Of a stretch of 64,000 bases of DNA, positions 27,058 through 44,650 are shown piece by piece. The translations under genes were made by a program, and so were the position numbers. Within the stretch, counting starts at the first letter, position 1, and each line of letters starts with the position of its first letter. Source of the DNA: the human T2T-CHM13v2.0 reference genome, Homo sapiens. Where the stretch lies: assembly GCF_009914755.1 (NCBI RefSeq), contig NC_060937.1. One strand, given 5' to 3'. Below the pieces are notes generated by a model. The model did not search any database. It was not told the origin of the DNA and worked only from the letters and a program-made list of their open reading frames with translations.

Positions 27058-27448
27058 TTTATCTAAAATCCTATTGTTGATAAATGAGAGTCCAAGATCT
27101 CCTAAGACTTAAAACAAGTCTTTTATCTCCTGCTAGAGACAGAGATAACAAACAGTGATTTAAGAATGCATTTGATCAAGCACCAAGGTATATAATCAAG
27201 GTATAGATGCCCATTGGGTGAGGAACACCCAAACTACTATTCTTTAATCAATAAGAGAAGGTAAAAACTGAGATTTATAATTGGTCAAACATTAATTCTG
27301 AATAAAAGAAAACTATTTCAGAGAAAGTGGAATGTATCTCCCACTAAATTGCATGGCTAGGAGTTAAAAAAAAAGGAAGCTACTCCTCCAACATTTTAGC
27401 CTTTCAAATCTGGTGGTACCAGCTAGAAACTAACAGGGGATATTTGGT

Positions 27449-27514
27449 CTCATGTACCCCATAAATACATACATCTACTATGTTCTCACAAAAATTAAAA
27501 ATAAATTTTTAAAA
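27449..27514 (+). mobile_element. Extremely 5'-truncated L1MA-type insertion (~65 bp)
   Basis: CTCATGTACCCCATAAATACATACATCTACTATG...AAAATTAAAAAT; flanked by GGGATATTTGGT / GGGAGTATTTGGT. Confidence 0.8.
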
Positions 27515-30500
27515 GGGAGTATTTGGTGAACAGAATATGAGCTCCGAACATAATCTTGTAAAGGCATCCTTACCCTATTAAGACTCAGGTAAGATTTTTG
27601 TGATGTTCAAAATTTTCCATCCCATTGGTGAAATTACTCTGACGAAAAGAGTTATGATTTCTGAATTCAGAATAAACCAAATTTCCTTAGTTATTCATCC
27701 CAGTTAGAGAAGTTCTTTCACTCTCTCTTCTTTCTAAACCCAAATAAGAAATTACTTGCTCAAAGGGAAAAAGGACTCACCAATATTTGTATCTTTCTCA
27801 GTGTATATGAGGCCTGGAGTCATGTATGCGGCGATTTCCAGTATTAGTTAGTACCAATTTCCATACATCAGACAGTGTGAAAAATCATGTAATTTCTACC
27901 ACACGCATCTAACCATTGTGACTTTGCTGATGAGGGAAATAGTGGCTTCATCTTTCCTGTGGCATGCCATCTCTATTAGACTTCGTAAACTGCAGCAGTT
28001 GAAATCTTTAACCAGCCATTACTAATAAGCATATGTTAATTGTTGCAGAGATCATAAGCAGGTCAATTAGGAGGCAAAGACTGGAACCGAAGGAAACATT
28101 CAGCTAGAGGGAAAATCCAGGGCAGGTGTCGGCCAGCATGGACTGCCCTGGCGGGAGCTCTAAGCATCTTGGGTAGAAGCTCATTTAACGTTTTGATTTG
28201 CTGAATTTGCATTTCAAATTTTCATTCCTAATAGACAATATAGTCAGTCTTTGTTAATGAGGACTCTGATTACATGTGCCATTATAATTGGGAATTAGCA
28301 GACCAGCCTTGTTTTGGAGATTAAACCCAAAGCAAATTGGATTAAATACGGTGTGACTGAAACCTCCTCTCTCTCCCTTTTTGTTTTTTTTTCTTGAGTC
28401 AAAGGTGAAAAGAAATCCATTGGTTCCAGGCATATGGCTCCTAACTTTATTATCATTTTTAGAGCGTTGATTATACTTTAAAAGATAGCCTTCTTTGGCA
28501 GCGTTCATTTATAGCTTTAAAAACTTGTTTATTAAATTTCCTTCCATAAACTGAGGAGATTTAAGAGCAGATCATTAAATACTTGGAACTAATTATAGAA
28601 TACACACATGTATACAGGTAGATTTGTTATATTTTTATGCAGCATACTATATATAAAAAAGCAATGAGGGAGTAACCCTTTAAAATGAGCTTTAGGTAAA
28701 AGTGTACAACTCATCTTCACAGCAATATTATTTGAACTCATTGTTTTATAATCTAGCAAATCTGTGACATTTGCTCTACCAGATGTTAGCATATCATCTT
28801 AAATGCAAAGGTGAAATACATTTTATGGTAATGTTATCAGTTCACAAAAACCCTTTTTATCATTTTATCGTGACAATTACAATGCAATTTTTACATTTTA
28901 GACTGTAAATATCATAACCCTTAAGTGACATATAGCTTAGGGTTATGTGGTCTTTCTTTATTCTCTTGGGTCATTTAATATTGTAATCCAGTTACACTCC
29001 AACATTTTCATTATTAAGCTGAAGACCAGTTCTTCAAAAACTATCACTAATCCCAAGACATCGGAAAATCATGCTTATTAATTCCCATGAGATTCAGTTA
29101 GATGTTTGTTTGGCTATAGGCCACCTTAATTACACAACAAAAGAAGATCTTCACAAGATGAAGAGAAATTCAAATACTTTCTGAGTGCATGTTGGTCTTT
29201 GAAGACACACAAATGAGGTTAGACTTGGATATTAATAATCAGGTACACTTTTTCAGCCATAAAAGGTTAACGTGTGGAGAAACGAAGGAAAGGAGAATTT
29301 TACATGGGGATGTGGTTTTTATTCCATTGTACTGTGTTTACAGAGGAAAGTAATCTTGGTGGAAAGTAGCTATGCAAATAAAGGTTAAGGTACCATGACC
29401 TTACCCACCTAGAAATCTCTTACAATGGAAACAAGAGAAAGTGGTAAAGTTTTCTAGGAATGTGAAATCTATTATAGGAGGATCAGGAATTGTTTCTTCA
29501 GGGAAGCTTGTTAATTCTGTAATCGCTCAATTTCATATGTATCACCTAGCCCAGTGCCTGATTTGATGAGATGGGAAAGGTAATGGCAGCTTCAGAGACA
29601 CAGGTTTGCCTTGAAAATAAATGAGTTCCTATGGCTATGTGTAAGTTCTTTTCTTTCTGATGGAAAAAAAATGACTTGTTTCAGTTAAACTAATAGATAA
29701 TTGCTATTTAAACCATATATGAGTTTCAGAGTTTTTTTTAACAAGGGCAGAATGTCATATAATTAACATTGAATTTGCCAAAGTGCTATAGTATTATTAA
29801 TTTGAAGTTTTATTCCTTAAGTTCCATAGAAGTGAACTGCATTCTCTAACACCAATGCCCAACACATGAATGAGTTAAGAATCTCGAGTGTTTTGGAGTT
29901 ATCAAATGATAATAAATTATCACTGTCAAAGTTTAACATTACTGACTAATAATAATTTTCCTTTATCAGATAACAAAGACAAGACAAAAGGATGTCTGGG
30001 TTATACATTTAAGTTTGCTAGTTTTATATATTTAATTATATTCAAAATTATTTTATTTAGGCTTTGATTATAGCTAACACCGGTAAGGATAATAACTTAC
30101 TAGTATCTAAAAGAGTAATGGCTTAAAATGGTTTGATGGTCACAAAAAGGGACAATTTGCTTCTCACTTATCCTCAATAAATTTGCTGAAGTAAGAATGT
30201 GAGATATTTGGAAATTGAAACTGATTTTAAATCTTGGTAACTCTGCCTGATGAATTCAGTAAATGAAGTTTTGGCATGCATGAGTATTATTACTCTTTTT
30301 ATCTTTGCTATTTTGAGATATTGTTTTTATTTTAGAAATTGCTTTTTGTTTTTGTAAAGAAAAAAAATGCTCATGCCAAAAAGTAAATTCAACAAACAAA
30401 AGTTCAATAAAGACCATAATATTCAAAGCCCCACTTTAAAAACTTACTTACAAAGTAACTAAAGGTTACTTTAACATCTTTAACATTTCAATGAACAACT

Positions 30501-30679
30501 TTCATCACCTCTCTCTATAGATACACACATATATGAGTATATTTATAATATTTTACATAAAATGAATCAAAATAGGGTGTACATATATTAATCTCTAACT
30601 TGATTTTTATCCATATAGGATAAAATCTTTCCATGTCAAAAATGAATATCTGCAACTTAGAAGTATGACAGATAATATT

Positions 30680-30935
30680 TATCAAACTAGACTGAAGGTT
30701 GTGACCTATTAGTAAATTGTGAAATTAGTTTGGTTAAACTCATGTAACATTTTATAAAGGATATAGAATAGACAAGAATGCAATGGGATGGGAAAATATC
30801 AGAGTGCACTGTATGTAGTAAAGGTAAGAGTTTTTTCATGAAATTTGTCTCAATAGTGTGGCTATGCCTATACAAGCATGTGCTATGTCACTATGTAAAA
30901 TGTATTTCATACTGTGGATTGCAGTAAAAATTAAG
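30680..30935. mobile_element. hAT-Charlie DNA transposon relic
   Basis: GGTTGTGACCTATTAGT...ATGTAAAATGTATTTCATACTGTGG motifs; subfamily uncertain. Confidence 0.5.
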
Positions 30936-31177
30936 TCTGAGGGCACAGCTGATAGAGGGTAGACCAGGGAACTTTTACAAACCAAATACCTACTCATCGC
31001 CAATGTTGGCATTATTTCCACAGGAGCATGGACCCGTCTTCACTTCATCTTCCTTCTCTCCCCACCCCATACGCTGGTGTAGTCAATCATTTTTATTGAT
31101 GGCTTGTATTGTTGGTGGTATATTTTGGCAAAACAAACAAGAAATGAAGACTATGCAATAAATGGCTAATTCAATAG

Positions 31178-31759
31178 GCTTAGGGGTTGCTTATTTTAAA
31201 GGTTTTCTTTACTGGCCCTTGATAGGCACCTGATATAGAACCTGTGAGCCCTTGAAATGTCCTCACCAATGAGTGTCTTTGTATATCTGAGACCTTGGGC
31301 CATGCCAGACAATTTATGCTAGCGATGTGATTTATGGCGCATACCCATTTTTGTATGCCTGAGGCTTTGGACCATGTATCAGTTTGACCTGTGGGGGGCT
31401 GGATACTGAGAAGCTAGGGCTAGTCCTGTGGGTGCTTCACCAATTAACCACCAACGAAAACCCTAGACAGAAAGGCTCAGCTGAGCTTCCCTGGTCGGCC
31501 ACACTCACATGTGTTGTCACATGTCACTGCTAGGAAAAGTCAGTGCTGCCCATGAGACTCCACTGGGAGAGAACAACTGGAAACCTGGACCTCATTTCTC
31601 CTGGGTTTGGCCCTATGCACCTTTTTCCTTTGTAGATTTTAATCTGTATTCTCCTTTTGCTGCAATCAAGTATAACTACGAGTAGAAGAGCTTTTCTGAG
31701 TTCTCTGAATCCTTTTACTGAGTGGTCAAACTTTAGGGCAGTCTTGGAGACCCCACACA
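31178..31759 (+). mobile_element. LTR of the MER21/MER68/MER77 group
   Basis: GAGCTTCCCTGGTCGGC, GATTTTAATCTGTAT, TTTCTGAGTTCT...GTCTTGGAGACCCC motifs. Confidence 0.75.
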
Positions 31760-34567
31760 ACAAAATAGTAATTAGCCTCACTATTTTTAATGGCCACAAA
31801 GTATCCTGTGGTATGTATACGCCATAATTTATTTTACCAATCCATTATTGATGGTCATGAATTTTCTGTATTATTTTTGCTTTTGATAATATAAATAATC
31901 TTGTATCTACAACTTTTTCAACTTGTTGAAGTTATTATTCCTATCATATCTTTGCAAATGTAAAGGCAAAAATATGTCTCATCTTTACTTTCATTTTCTT
32001 GATTGTAATGAGGCTGAATATCTAATCATGTTTAATGGGTCTTTATATTTCTTCTTTTAAGAATTGTCTATTCTATGTGTGTCACCCATTTTTTATTAGA
32101 GTACATAGCTTTTAAATATTGATTTGTACTTTAATTTGGATGACTTGAGTAGGTTAGTGAATAAACTTGACTTATAAAATATTTTAAAACAAGTGTAGTC
32201 CTATTGTTCCTAAATGCTACAGAAGTGTGCAAGTAGGACTCTTGCCAAGACTATACTGAGGAATAAAAGATTCACATACATATTTGTATATATTGGCTGC
32301 TTTGGAAGTAGCTAAAACTGCCTAGTTGTTTTGTTTAAATGATTCATTTTCTTGGCAAAACTTTTCTTCTTATTCTAAGGTATTACCAAATAACATTCAG
32401 TTCCGGTTTGGTCAAAGCGGCTTTCTAAATAATGGCATTTAACAATAAAGTGGCAAAGAGAAAAAGTTATACAACTGTTACACACTTTTTAAAATAAAAT
32501 GAGTTTGCATGTATCCACACCTTATACTTAAGAACTAAGCACCAATTGTTCTTTATTCCCAATTAAAAAGCAAGCTCATCTTAGTCAAATGCATTACTGT
32601 CAGGTTCACTGAGAGAAACTTATTGAATGCCAGGTACACTTGCCGTGTGTGCCAAACATGTACATACATTTAATTTAATTTTCTGTATAATAGATATCCA
32701 TGGCAATTGGCTAGTCTTTATAAATGAGAGAGAGAGAGAGAGAGACAACAAGCCTGCTAGTAGTGGGCTGGGTACTTGGGGACGCACAAAAATCTTTAAA
32801 GACCCTGGGTCACCATTAATGCTAGAGAAACAAAGAATAATAAATGAAGTCTTTCAGCATTTTTTGAGAGGTTTTTTTTCCTCTCTTACATAAATATATT
32901 ACTCTATAGGGACTCAACTATTCCTCATACTCCTTCTGAAATGGGGGCAGTATTTTATAAGGTGGGACATATTACTGCAAATTTTAAGTATTATTATTGC
33001 TGTTGCTATTACTATTAGAAATATAAGTAGTAGATTATTGTTGTGCTTCAAGTGTTTTCACATATATTTTCCCATTATTAAATGGTCATGGCTTTAGCTC
33101 TTAAGTCTCTTTTAGCAGTATGTAAAGGCACTTAGGAGAAGAGCATAATCAGTCAATACGTTGGCATATTTTTAAGTAATTTAGTTTACCAAAAGCCTTC
33201 ACCTCTGTGATTTTGCTTCCCTCTTCTGAGGCCTTTCTGGAAGTCTCTGTAACCTGAATTTTTAGGGAGAAGTACATGGTGACTTAGAGAGGTTACTTGC
33301 CATACACAGACTTGCAATTGGTACAGTAAGTGATAGAGTTGATGTTCTTGATTCATTTATTCATTTATTCATTCAGGACTCTTTTGAGGCCCTGGGATGC
33401 ATCAATCATCCTGATAAATGGTGAAGACAATATTTAAAATATATATGGCCTGTTTTCTTTAAGGATGTAGTTTAGCAGAGGCATTTTGCATGAAATCATA
33501 TAACTAAAATGCATTGTCTTGCGTGGTAACAGAAAGATGAAATGCTGTATAGCTCAGAGGAAGGAATGATTACTTTTCTGGGATGGTATGGAGATGATGA
33601 GAAATGTCGAGCAGGATTACAATGCTCAGAGTGTTCCTGGTGTCCCACAAAGAGACCACAGGATATCTCAGAAAGAGCCCAGGAAGAAAGCCTGCAGCTG
33701 TTCTGAGGAAGCAAGCTAAAACTAATTGGTAACATTCCATATTCCCTGTCACCATCTTGAAATATATGAAAAGGGATACTATCACTCTGAGAAAAAGTCA
33801 TTACCTAAACACTGAACCTAAAATATATTCTCACACTGGGTGGGATGAACACATTTAAATTTTTTTTTTAATTTTAAATGTATATTTTAATTAGACGTTT
33901 TTACTAAGCACATGACAGTTAACATCCATGGGACAAAGTTTCAAATGTAGAGATAAAAAGTTTTAAAGGAAATTAAAAAGCACACAATCTTGCCATAGGT
34001 ATATAGGCATTTTTTTCTTCTTATGTGTATTATTTCATAAGTAATAATTTATTTGCTCTTTTTTATATTGACATTGTAAATTAGAGATTTTCAAATTTTA
34101 TTTAATTTGACATAATTTAACTATTGCCATGTTATTGAACATTTCTCTTGTCTATATAGATTTTCCTGTTTATAAATGATGCTGTTTCTAAGATCTTTTT
34201 TGTATTGCTTTCTCCTGTTATTTCATTTTATTTACCTAGAATATTGTCTTCCTAAAATAGATTACCAGAAACAGAATTACTGGGTCAAAGGTGTACCATT
34301 TTTTAAACATTTGATATACATTATCAAATTTGTCCTTCAGAAAGCTTGTGCCAGTTATATTCCCACCAATATTGACTTGTTTGAGCTTCAGTATTTTTTA
34401 ATCAACTTGTGTATCATTACATATTAGGAAGAGTAACCCTCTACAGTATTTACTCTAGATATTTTTCTCTGTTTATTTTCTTTTATTACAGTATATAATG
34501 TTTCTAAAGCAGAGATTTTAAAAGGGTCAAGCCTATACATCTTTTTCTTTATATGTATATAAATATA

Positions 34568-35699
34568 TTTTAAATTTCAATACTTTGAGGGTACAAGTGG
34601 TTTTTAGTTACATGGATGAATTATAAAGTGGTGAAGGCTTAGATTTTAGTGTACCCATCACCCAAATCATGTACATTGTACTCAATATTTAGCTTTTTAT
34701 CCCTCACACCCTTCTCAACCTCCTCAATTCTGAATAGCCAGAGTCCATTATACCACTCTGTATGCCTTTGCATACCCATAGTTTAGCTCCCACTTATAAA
34801 TGAGAACATATGGTATTTGGTTCTCCATTCCTGAGTTACTTCACTTAGAATAAATGCCCTCCAGCTCCATCCAAGTTGCTGCACAAGCCATTATTTCATT
34901 CTTCTTTACAGCTGAGTAGTATTCCAGGGTGTATATGTACTACATTTTCTTTATCCACTCATTGTTTGATGGGCACTTATGTTGGTTCCATATTTTTGCA
35001 GTTGTGAATTGTGCTGCAATAAGCGTATGCATGCAGGTGATTTTTTGATATAATGACTTCTTTTCCTTTGGGTAGATATCCAGTAGTGGAATTGCTGGAT
35101 TGAATGGTGTATCTATTTTTAGTTCTTTGAGAAATCTCTGTGCTGTTTTCCATAGAGGTTGTGCTAATTTACATTTCCACCACCAGCGTATAAGAATTCC
35201 CTTTCATCATATCCATGCAATGTCTATTTTTTTACCTTTTTAATAATGGTCATTCTGGCTGGAGTAAGGTAGTATCTCATTGTGGTTTTAATTTGCATTT
35301 TGCTGATGACTAGTGATGTAGAGCATTTTTCCATATGCTTCTTGGCCATTTGTATATCTTTTTTTGAGAACTGTCTGTTCATGTCACTTGCCCACTTTCA
35401 ATAATTTTTAATGAAATTATTTGTTTTTTTCTTGCTGATTTGTTTGAGTTCCTTGCAGATTCTAGATATTAGTCCTTTGTCAAATGTGTAGTTTGCAAAT
35501 ATTTTCTCCTGTTCTGTGGTTTGTCTGTTTACTCTAAAGATTATTTCTTTTGCTGTATAGAAGCTTTTTAGTTTAATTAGGTCCCATTTATTTATTTTTG
35601 TTTTTGTTGCATTTGGCTTTTGGGGTCTTAGTCATAAATTATTTGCCTAGGACAATGTCCAGGAGAGTTTCTCCTAGGTTTTCTTCTAGAATTTTTATG
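34568..35699 (-). mobile_element. L1PB-type LINE, 3' ~1.1 kb
   Basis: Antisense L1 3'UTR/ORF2 end: GCTCCCACTTATAAATGAGAACAT, GTTGGTTCCATATTTTTGCA, CTTGGCCATTTGTATATCTT. Confidence 0.92.
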
Positions 35700-35774
35700 A
35701 GACCTATACACCATTTTTATTGTGGTTTTATTTTTCCACTATTGTTTTTTAAAAAGCTTATAATATTTTTTTTC

Positions 35775-36272
35775 CAGAGAAAGGGTTTAATGATCACAGT
35801 GCAGCTGAGCAAGGAGACGGGAGGAACCCCCAAATCTGTCTCTCTGAGGAGTTTTTGGGCTGGGGTTTTTAAGGGGATTACGGAGAGCCAGGGGTGGAAA
35901 ATTGGGGTAATTGATTGGTCAGGGTAAGGGAGATGAAATCATCAGGATGTGGAAACTGCATTCTTTGTTGAGTTAGCTTCTCATGGGATCCTTCAGACCA
36001 GCTGGTGTCAGTTAGTTTCACCACGATGCAGGACCCAAAAGAATACCTCAGATGAAAAACTTAATGTTTCACAATGTTTATCTATAAAGCAGTTAAGAGA
36101 AGAGCTATAATCTTGTAACAGGGTTTATGTGATTCTGGGGCAATAGACAAACAACTGTAAGGAAACAGGTCAGGGAGTAAGCTGACCTAATCATTAACAC
36201 TGAGTGTGCTGCAAGCTTGCTTTATTTTCACTTATCCTGATTAATTTTATAAAGTTTATAGGATTGGTTTCA
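35775..36272 (-). mobile_element. ERV1 LTR (LOR1-like)
   Basis: Minus strand begins TGAAACCAATCCTATAAACTTTATAAAATTAATCAGG...CAAGCTTGCAGCACACTCAG. Confidence 0.7.
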
Positions 36273-36455
36273 CAATTGCTGGATTATATGGTAAGAGTAT
36301 GTTCAGTTTCATAAAAAACTGCCAAACTGTCTTCCAATGTGGTGGTACAAATTTGCATTCCCAGCAGCATTCTTGTTACTCCAAGTCCTTGCCAGCATTT
36401 GGTGTTGTTAGTACTCTGGATTTTGGCTATTCTGATCATTGTGTAATGATATCTC

Positions 36456-36494
<39 letters not shown>

Positions 36495-37200
36495 TGAGAC
36501 GGAGTCTCACTCTGTCACCCATGCTAGGGTGCAGTGGCACGATCTGGGCTCACTGCCAGCTCCGCCTCCCAGGTTCACGCCATTCTTCTGCCTCAGCCTC
36601 CCGAGTAGCTGGGACTACAGGCACCCGCCATCACGCCTGGCTAATTTTTTGTATTTTTAGTAGAGACAGCGTTTCACCGTGTTAGCCAGGATGGTCTCAA
36701 TCTCCTGACCTCATGATCCACCTGCCTTGGCCTCCCAAAGTGCTGGGATTACATCATTATTGTTTTTAGTTGCATTTTCTGATGACATGTTGAACACCTT
36801 TTCACATTCACAGACTTATCTGCAGTCTGTATATCTTCTTTGGTGAGGTGTCTCTTAAGGCCTTCGGTCCAGTTTTTAATTGGGTTGTGTGTTTTGTTAT
36901 TGCTGAGTTTTAAAAGTTCTTTGCGTATTTTGGATAATGGTCCTTTATCTGATAGTTTTGCAAATATTTTCTCCCACTCTAGGGTTTGTCTTCTCGTCTT
37001 CATGTTAGTGACTTTTGCAGAGCAGAAGATTTTAATTTTACTGAAGTCTTTCTTGGATCATGTCTTTAATGCTGCATCTAAAAATTAATTGCCATATCCC
37101 AGGTCATATAAGTTCCTTCCTATGTTATCTTTCAGTAGTTTTATAATATTGCATTTCATATTTAGGTCTATGATTCATATGTAGTTAATTTCTTATAAAT
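36273..37200 (-). mobile_element. Old L1M fragment interrupted by AluY
   Basis: AAACTGCCAAACTGTCTTCCA...TTTGCATTCCCAGCAGCA; continues after the Alu (TTTGCAAATATTTTCTCCCA). Confidence 0.85.
36456..36753 (-). mobile_element. AluY, slightly 5'-truncated, with (TTA)n tail
   Basis: GGTTCACGCCATTC and CCGTGTTAGCCAGGATGG diagnostics. Confidence 0.93.
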
Positions 37201-37347
37201 TTTGTTAATTTTTACTTTGCATAAAGCACATATTCCTCTACATAATATGGTGAGCCTCATCCAGTCAGTTCAAGGCCTTAAGAGCAAAGAGCAAAGTTCC
37301 CAGATGCAGCCCCTAAACCTTGGACTTTTCAGTGTCCAGAACTATAA

Positions 37348-37655
<308 letters not shown>

Positions 37656-38924
37656 AAATTTACCTTCTTTAAAAATTACCCTGTCTCAGGTATTCAGTTA
37701 TAGGAACAGTAAACAAACTAAGCACACAAAGAAGAGATCTTGCGAGCACGCAGAGAGAAGGCAGCCTTCTATAAGCCAGGAAGGAAGTCTTCATCGGAAA
37801 CTAAATTTGGCAGCAACTTGATCTTGAATTTCTCAGCCTTGAAAATTTAGTCGTTTATTACAAAGGATACTTTAAACAATTCAACTAAACACAGATGAAG
37901 AAATATATAGGTCGAGGTCTGGAGGGGGCCCCAAGTGCAGGCAACTATGAAAGATTTTCAAACAGACTTAAGAGCTCCAAATGTCTCCAGTGTCAATAAT
38001 ATGGGCTATAGTAGGGACTGCTACAGCAATATCTTGCTTCTATAAGTCAGAATACACTGATCAGCAGCTGAAATTACATGCTGTGAGTTTTAGCACATAA
38101 GTCTTCTGGAAGGACAAACATTTTAAGTGATTTTAAAGAAATTAACATACTTGACTTTCCTTATTTTTTTGTATAATACAATAAACAATCTAGATTTTTA
38201 AAAATATACCCAAAATAAGATAAGAGTCTTCATAAACTGCCTGTAATAGTTTCTACTTTTAGATTGGCTAGAGTGACATATGAGTTAAAAATCATTGAAC
38301 AGCATATACAACAGTGGACTCGACTGTCTCTTTCTTTCTTTCTTTGGACAAATTTTATGGAATATAATTATTTAAATTGTGTTAAAAGACCCACATGTGT
38401 TCCAATAATAGAACACTAGGCATAAATGGGCTAATAAAAGCTTATGTTTCCTGGCTAGGAGCAACTCGAGTTGCCTGTATTATGAAGTACCCATTCACTT
38501 AATCTCATCATTTTTGTTGGAACAGAAGTTAGGACAAAAAATACCTTGTTGGCTTGTCAGTGTCTCTACTTTCTCCAGATGCTATTTGGAGTGACACGTT
38601 GGCAGTTGTTCAGTGATAATTCTAAGGCGGCCAGAGCAGAAATGAAGCCAGATTGACACAGACTTCAATTGACGTTTGTGATACTAGATGCTGTGAGAGA
38701 CCCTTTTCTCAGCCAAACAACAAATGTAGGACATTAATTCATGAACTGTGGTAAAAAGACTCTAAACTCCAAATTCGTTTGACAATTTCCCTTTTATATC
38801 CTGGTGAACAAAATGGAGCATGCTTGACTGAATACATGGATACTTTGGGTGAGTTGGGTTAGTAATAATTTGTATGATGAAAATGTATTCTACGTAATAA
38901 TTGATATCAGTCTAGAAGGAGATT

Positions 38925-39160
38925 GATTTTGTTCAACATTTTTATCCATGACTCTGATGAAAGTATAGAAGGCTTACTCAACAAATTTTTAGATGGCACA
39001 ATGGCTTTTGTATTTGATTACAGCTTCAAATAGAAAAAGATATCAACAAGCTACACCAATGATGTAAAATCTAGCAAGATAAAATATAATGGGAATGAAT
39101 ACAAGATTCTATATGGAGACTCCATAACACATCAACTATAGATGCAGGATTTAGGAAACA
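38925..39160 (+). mobile_element. L3/CR1 reverse-transcriptase-region relic
   Basis: TTCAACATTTTTATCCATGAC...AAATTTTTAGATGGCACA resembles the decayed CR1 RT segment (FNIFIND...KFADDT). Confidence 0.65.
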
Positions 39161-39539
39161 GTGTGGCAGCTTCAGATGGCAACAGTGGCTTGGCAGTCAC
39201 CCCCTCTGTCCTATTTAAGTGTCCCACCTCAATTTGAGATAACAACATTGCATGACTCCTTTGGAATTTTATGAAATTCAGTCCCTTTTAATAGGAGTCA
39301 AATATCAGAAACAAACGAGATGACAATTTCACTTTAGCCTTTTAAGATATTTGACTTTTAAGACTTTGACTAAGGCTTCCCATCCCAAAAGACTCCTTTA
39401 AGAGAAGTTACACAAACTGGAACTTGTTAGAGAGTAAACAGGAAATGAGTGGGCTTAAAGTCAACCATGGAGAAACAGCTGAGGATTTCATACTTTGCCT
39501 TCACCAACTGGGGAAGTTCCTCAATTGTTTTTGTTTTTC

Positions 39540-42830
<3,291 letters not shown>

Positions 42831-43325
42831 AGCTTCAACATAGAGTTTTAATCTAAGTTTGATAGCTATTTGGAGACAAAGTTTACTTCAAACTTTTTAA
42901 CAGCCAGATCTGTCCAAAGACAGAATGGCGTTCGCATGGGTGGAGATGTTTAAGCATTGCTAGGCTGGACTAGTGCTTTTCTGACTTTAACGTACACATG
43001 AACCACCTGAGGATCTTGTTTAATTCAATCACCCAAAGATACTATTTAATTTAACCACCTGAGGGTATTGTGTAATTAATTGCTATGGTACAGATGGAAT
43101 AACACACCAATCACTGGAACCCATGGGCACATTCATTCAAAGCCCCATAGTTAATATTGGGAGCAAAGTCAATATAGCAAGAATCCCAATGAATATAAAT
43201 GTACATACTGTTAAGCTTTGTTTTGTGCCACTATTTTCTTTATTCAACCAGAAAATAGAGTTGCATGAATTTTCTTTTTTTAATGATGATATTTTGAATT
43301 GTGTTCTAAGTTTTGTGTTTGTAAC

Positions 43326-43460
43326 CAATATTGTACTCAATAGATAATTTGTGTTTTTATACCCTATTTGGGTGATGATTTTACTAGAACCATTACCATT
43401 ATACAATATATCTATGTAACAAACCAGCACACATACCTCCTGAATCTAAAATACAATAAA
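43326..43460 (+). mobile_element. Short L1 3' end with probable 5' inversion
   Basis: CTATTTGGGTGATG...ATGTAACAAACCAGCAC...CCTGAATCTAAAATA; preceded by the reverse complement of AAATTATCTATTGAGTACAAT. Confidence 0.7.
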
Positions 43461-43712
43461 GTAACAAACTACTACTACTAATAATAATAATAAATAGGCT
43501 AGAGTCTACTACATTTTGGCAAGCAGTCACTGATTCTCCTTGTATGAAGAAAAGCATTGAGTCATACTGAGCAAGCCTAATAATCCTAAAATATTCTGTT
43601 TTGAGGCAATATACTTAATATGAAATATCAAATAATTTTAAAACAAATTTAGCCCTAATTCATGTATCACAATAATTCTTGGGAAGATGCTAGAATACAA
43701 TTACCATGAATG

Positions 43713-44338
43713 TTTTCTTTCTTTTTTAATGATACTTTAAGTTCTGGGATTCATGTGCAGAACGTGCAGGTTTGTTACATAGGTATACACGTGCCATGGT
43801 GGTTTGCTGCACCCATCAATCCACCATCTACATTAGGTATTTCTCCTAATGCTATACTTCCCCAAGCCCCCCAACCCCTGACATGCCCCCATGTGTGATG
43901 TTCCCCTCCCTGTGTCCAGGTGTTCTCATTGTTTAACTCCCACTTATGAGTGAGAAGATGTGGTGTTCGGTTTTCTGTTCCTGTGTTAGCTTGCTGAGAA
44001 TGATGGTTTCCAGCTTCATCCATGTCCCTGCAAAGGACAGGAACTCATCCTTTTTTATGGCTACATAGTATTCCATGGTGTATATGTGCAACATTTTCTT
44101 TATCCAGTCTATCATTGATGGGCATTTGGGTTGGTTCCAAGTCTTCGTTATTGTGAATAGTGTTACAGTAAACATACGTGTGCATGTGCCTTTATAGTAG
44201 AATGATTTATAATCCTTTGGGTATATACCCAGTAATGGAATTGCTGGGTCAAATGGTATTTCTGTTTCTAGATCCTTGAGGAATCACCACACTGTCTTCC
44301 ACAATGGTGGAACTAATTTACACTCCCACCAAGAGTGA
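43713..44338 (-). mobile_element. L1PA (mid-age primate) 3' end, ~620 bp
   Basis: ATACTTTAAGTTCTGGG...CATGTGCAGAACGTGCAGGTTTGTTACATAGG; GGTTGGTTCCAAGTC; TTTACACTCCCACCAA. Confidence 0.95.
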
Positions 44339-44429
44339 ATAACCGTCCTGTTTATTTGAAACCTGTCAGACCTTAAGTCCCACAGAAAAAGCGAAGAACT
44401 CAAATAAAAATATATGACCTGAAATATGG

Positions 44430-44650
44430 TGACAAAGCAAATGAGCTTTGAAATCAGAGGACTGGTTTTAAATCCAGGTTTTGACATTCTTTGAACAACT
44501 CTGGGTGATTTTCTTGACCCAAACTCTAATGTTTTCATCTATAAAATAAAGATAATCATAGAATGTACTGTCTAAGGCTATTGGTAAGATTAAATGAGAT
44601 AATATCTGGAAAGCACTTAGCAGAGTATTCCATAAGTGGCTGCTTTTATT
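44430..44650 (+). mobile_element. MIR SINE
   Basis: TTTTCATCTATAAAAT...AGATTAAATGAGATAAT...AAAGCACTTAGCA. Confidence 0.75.
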
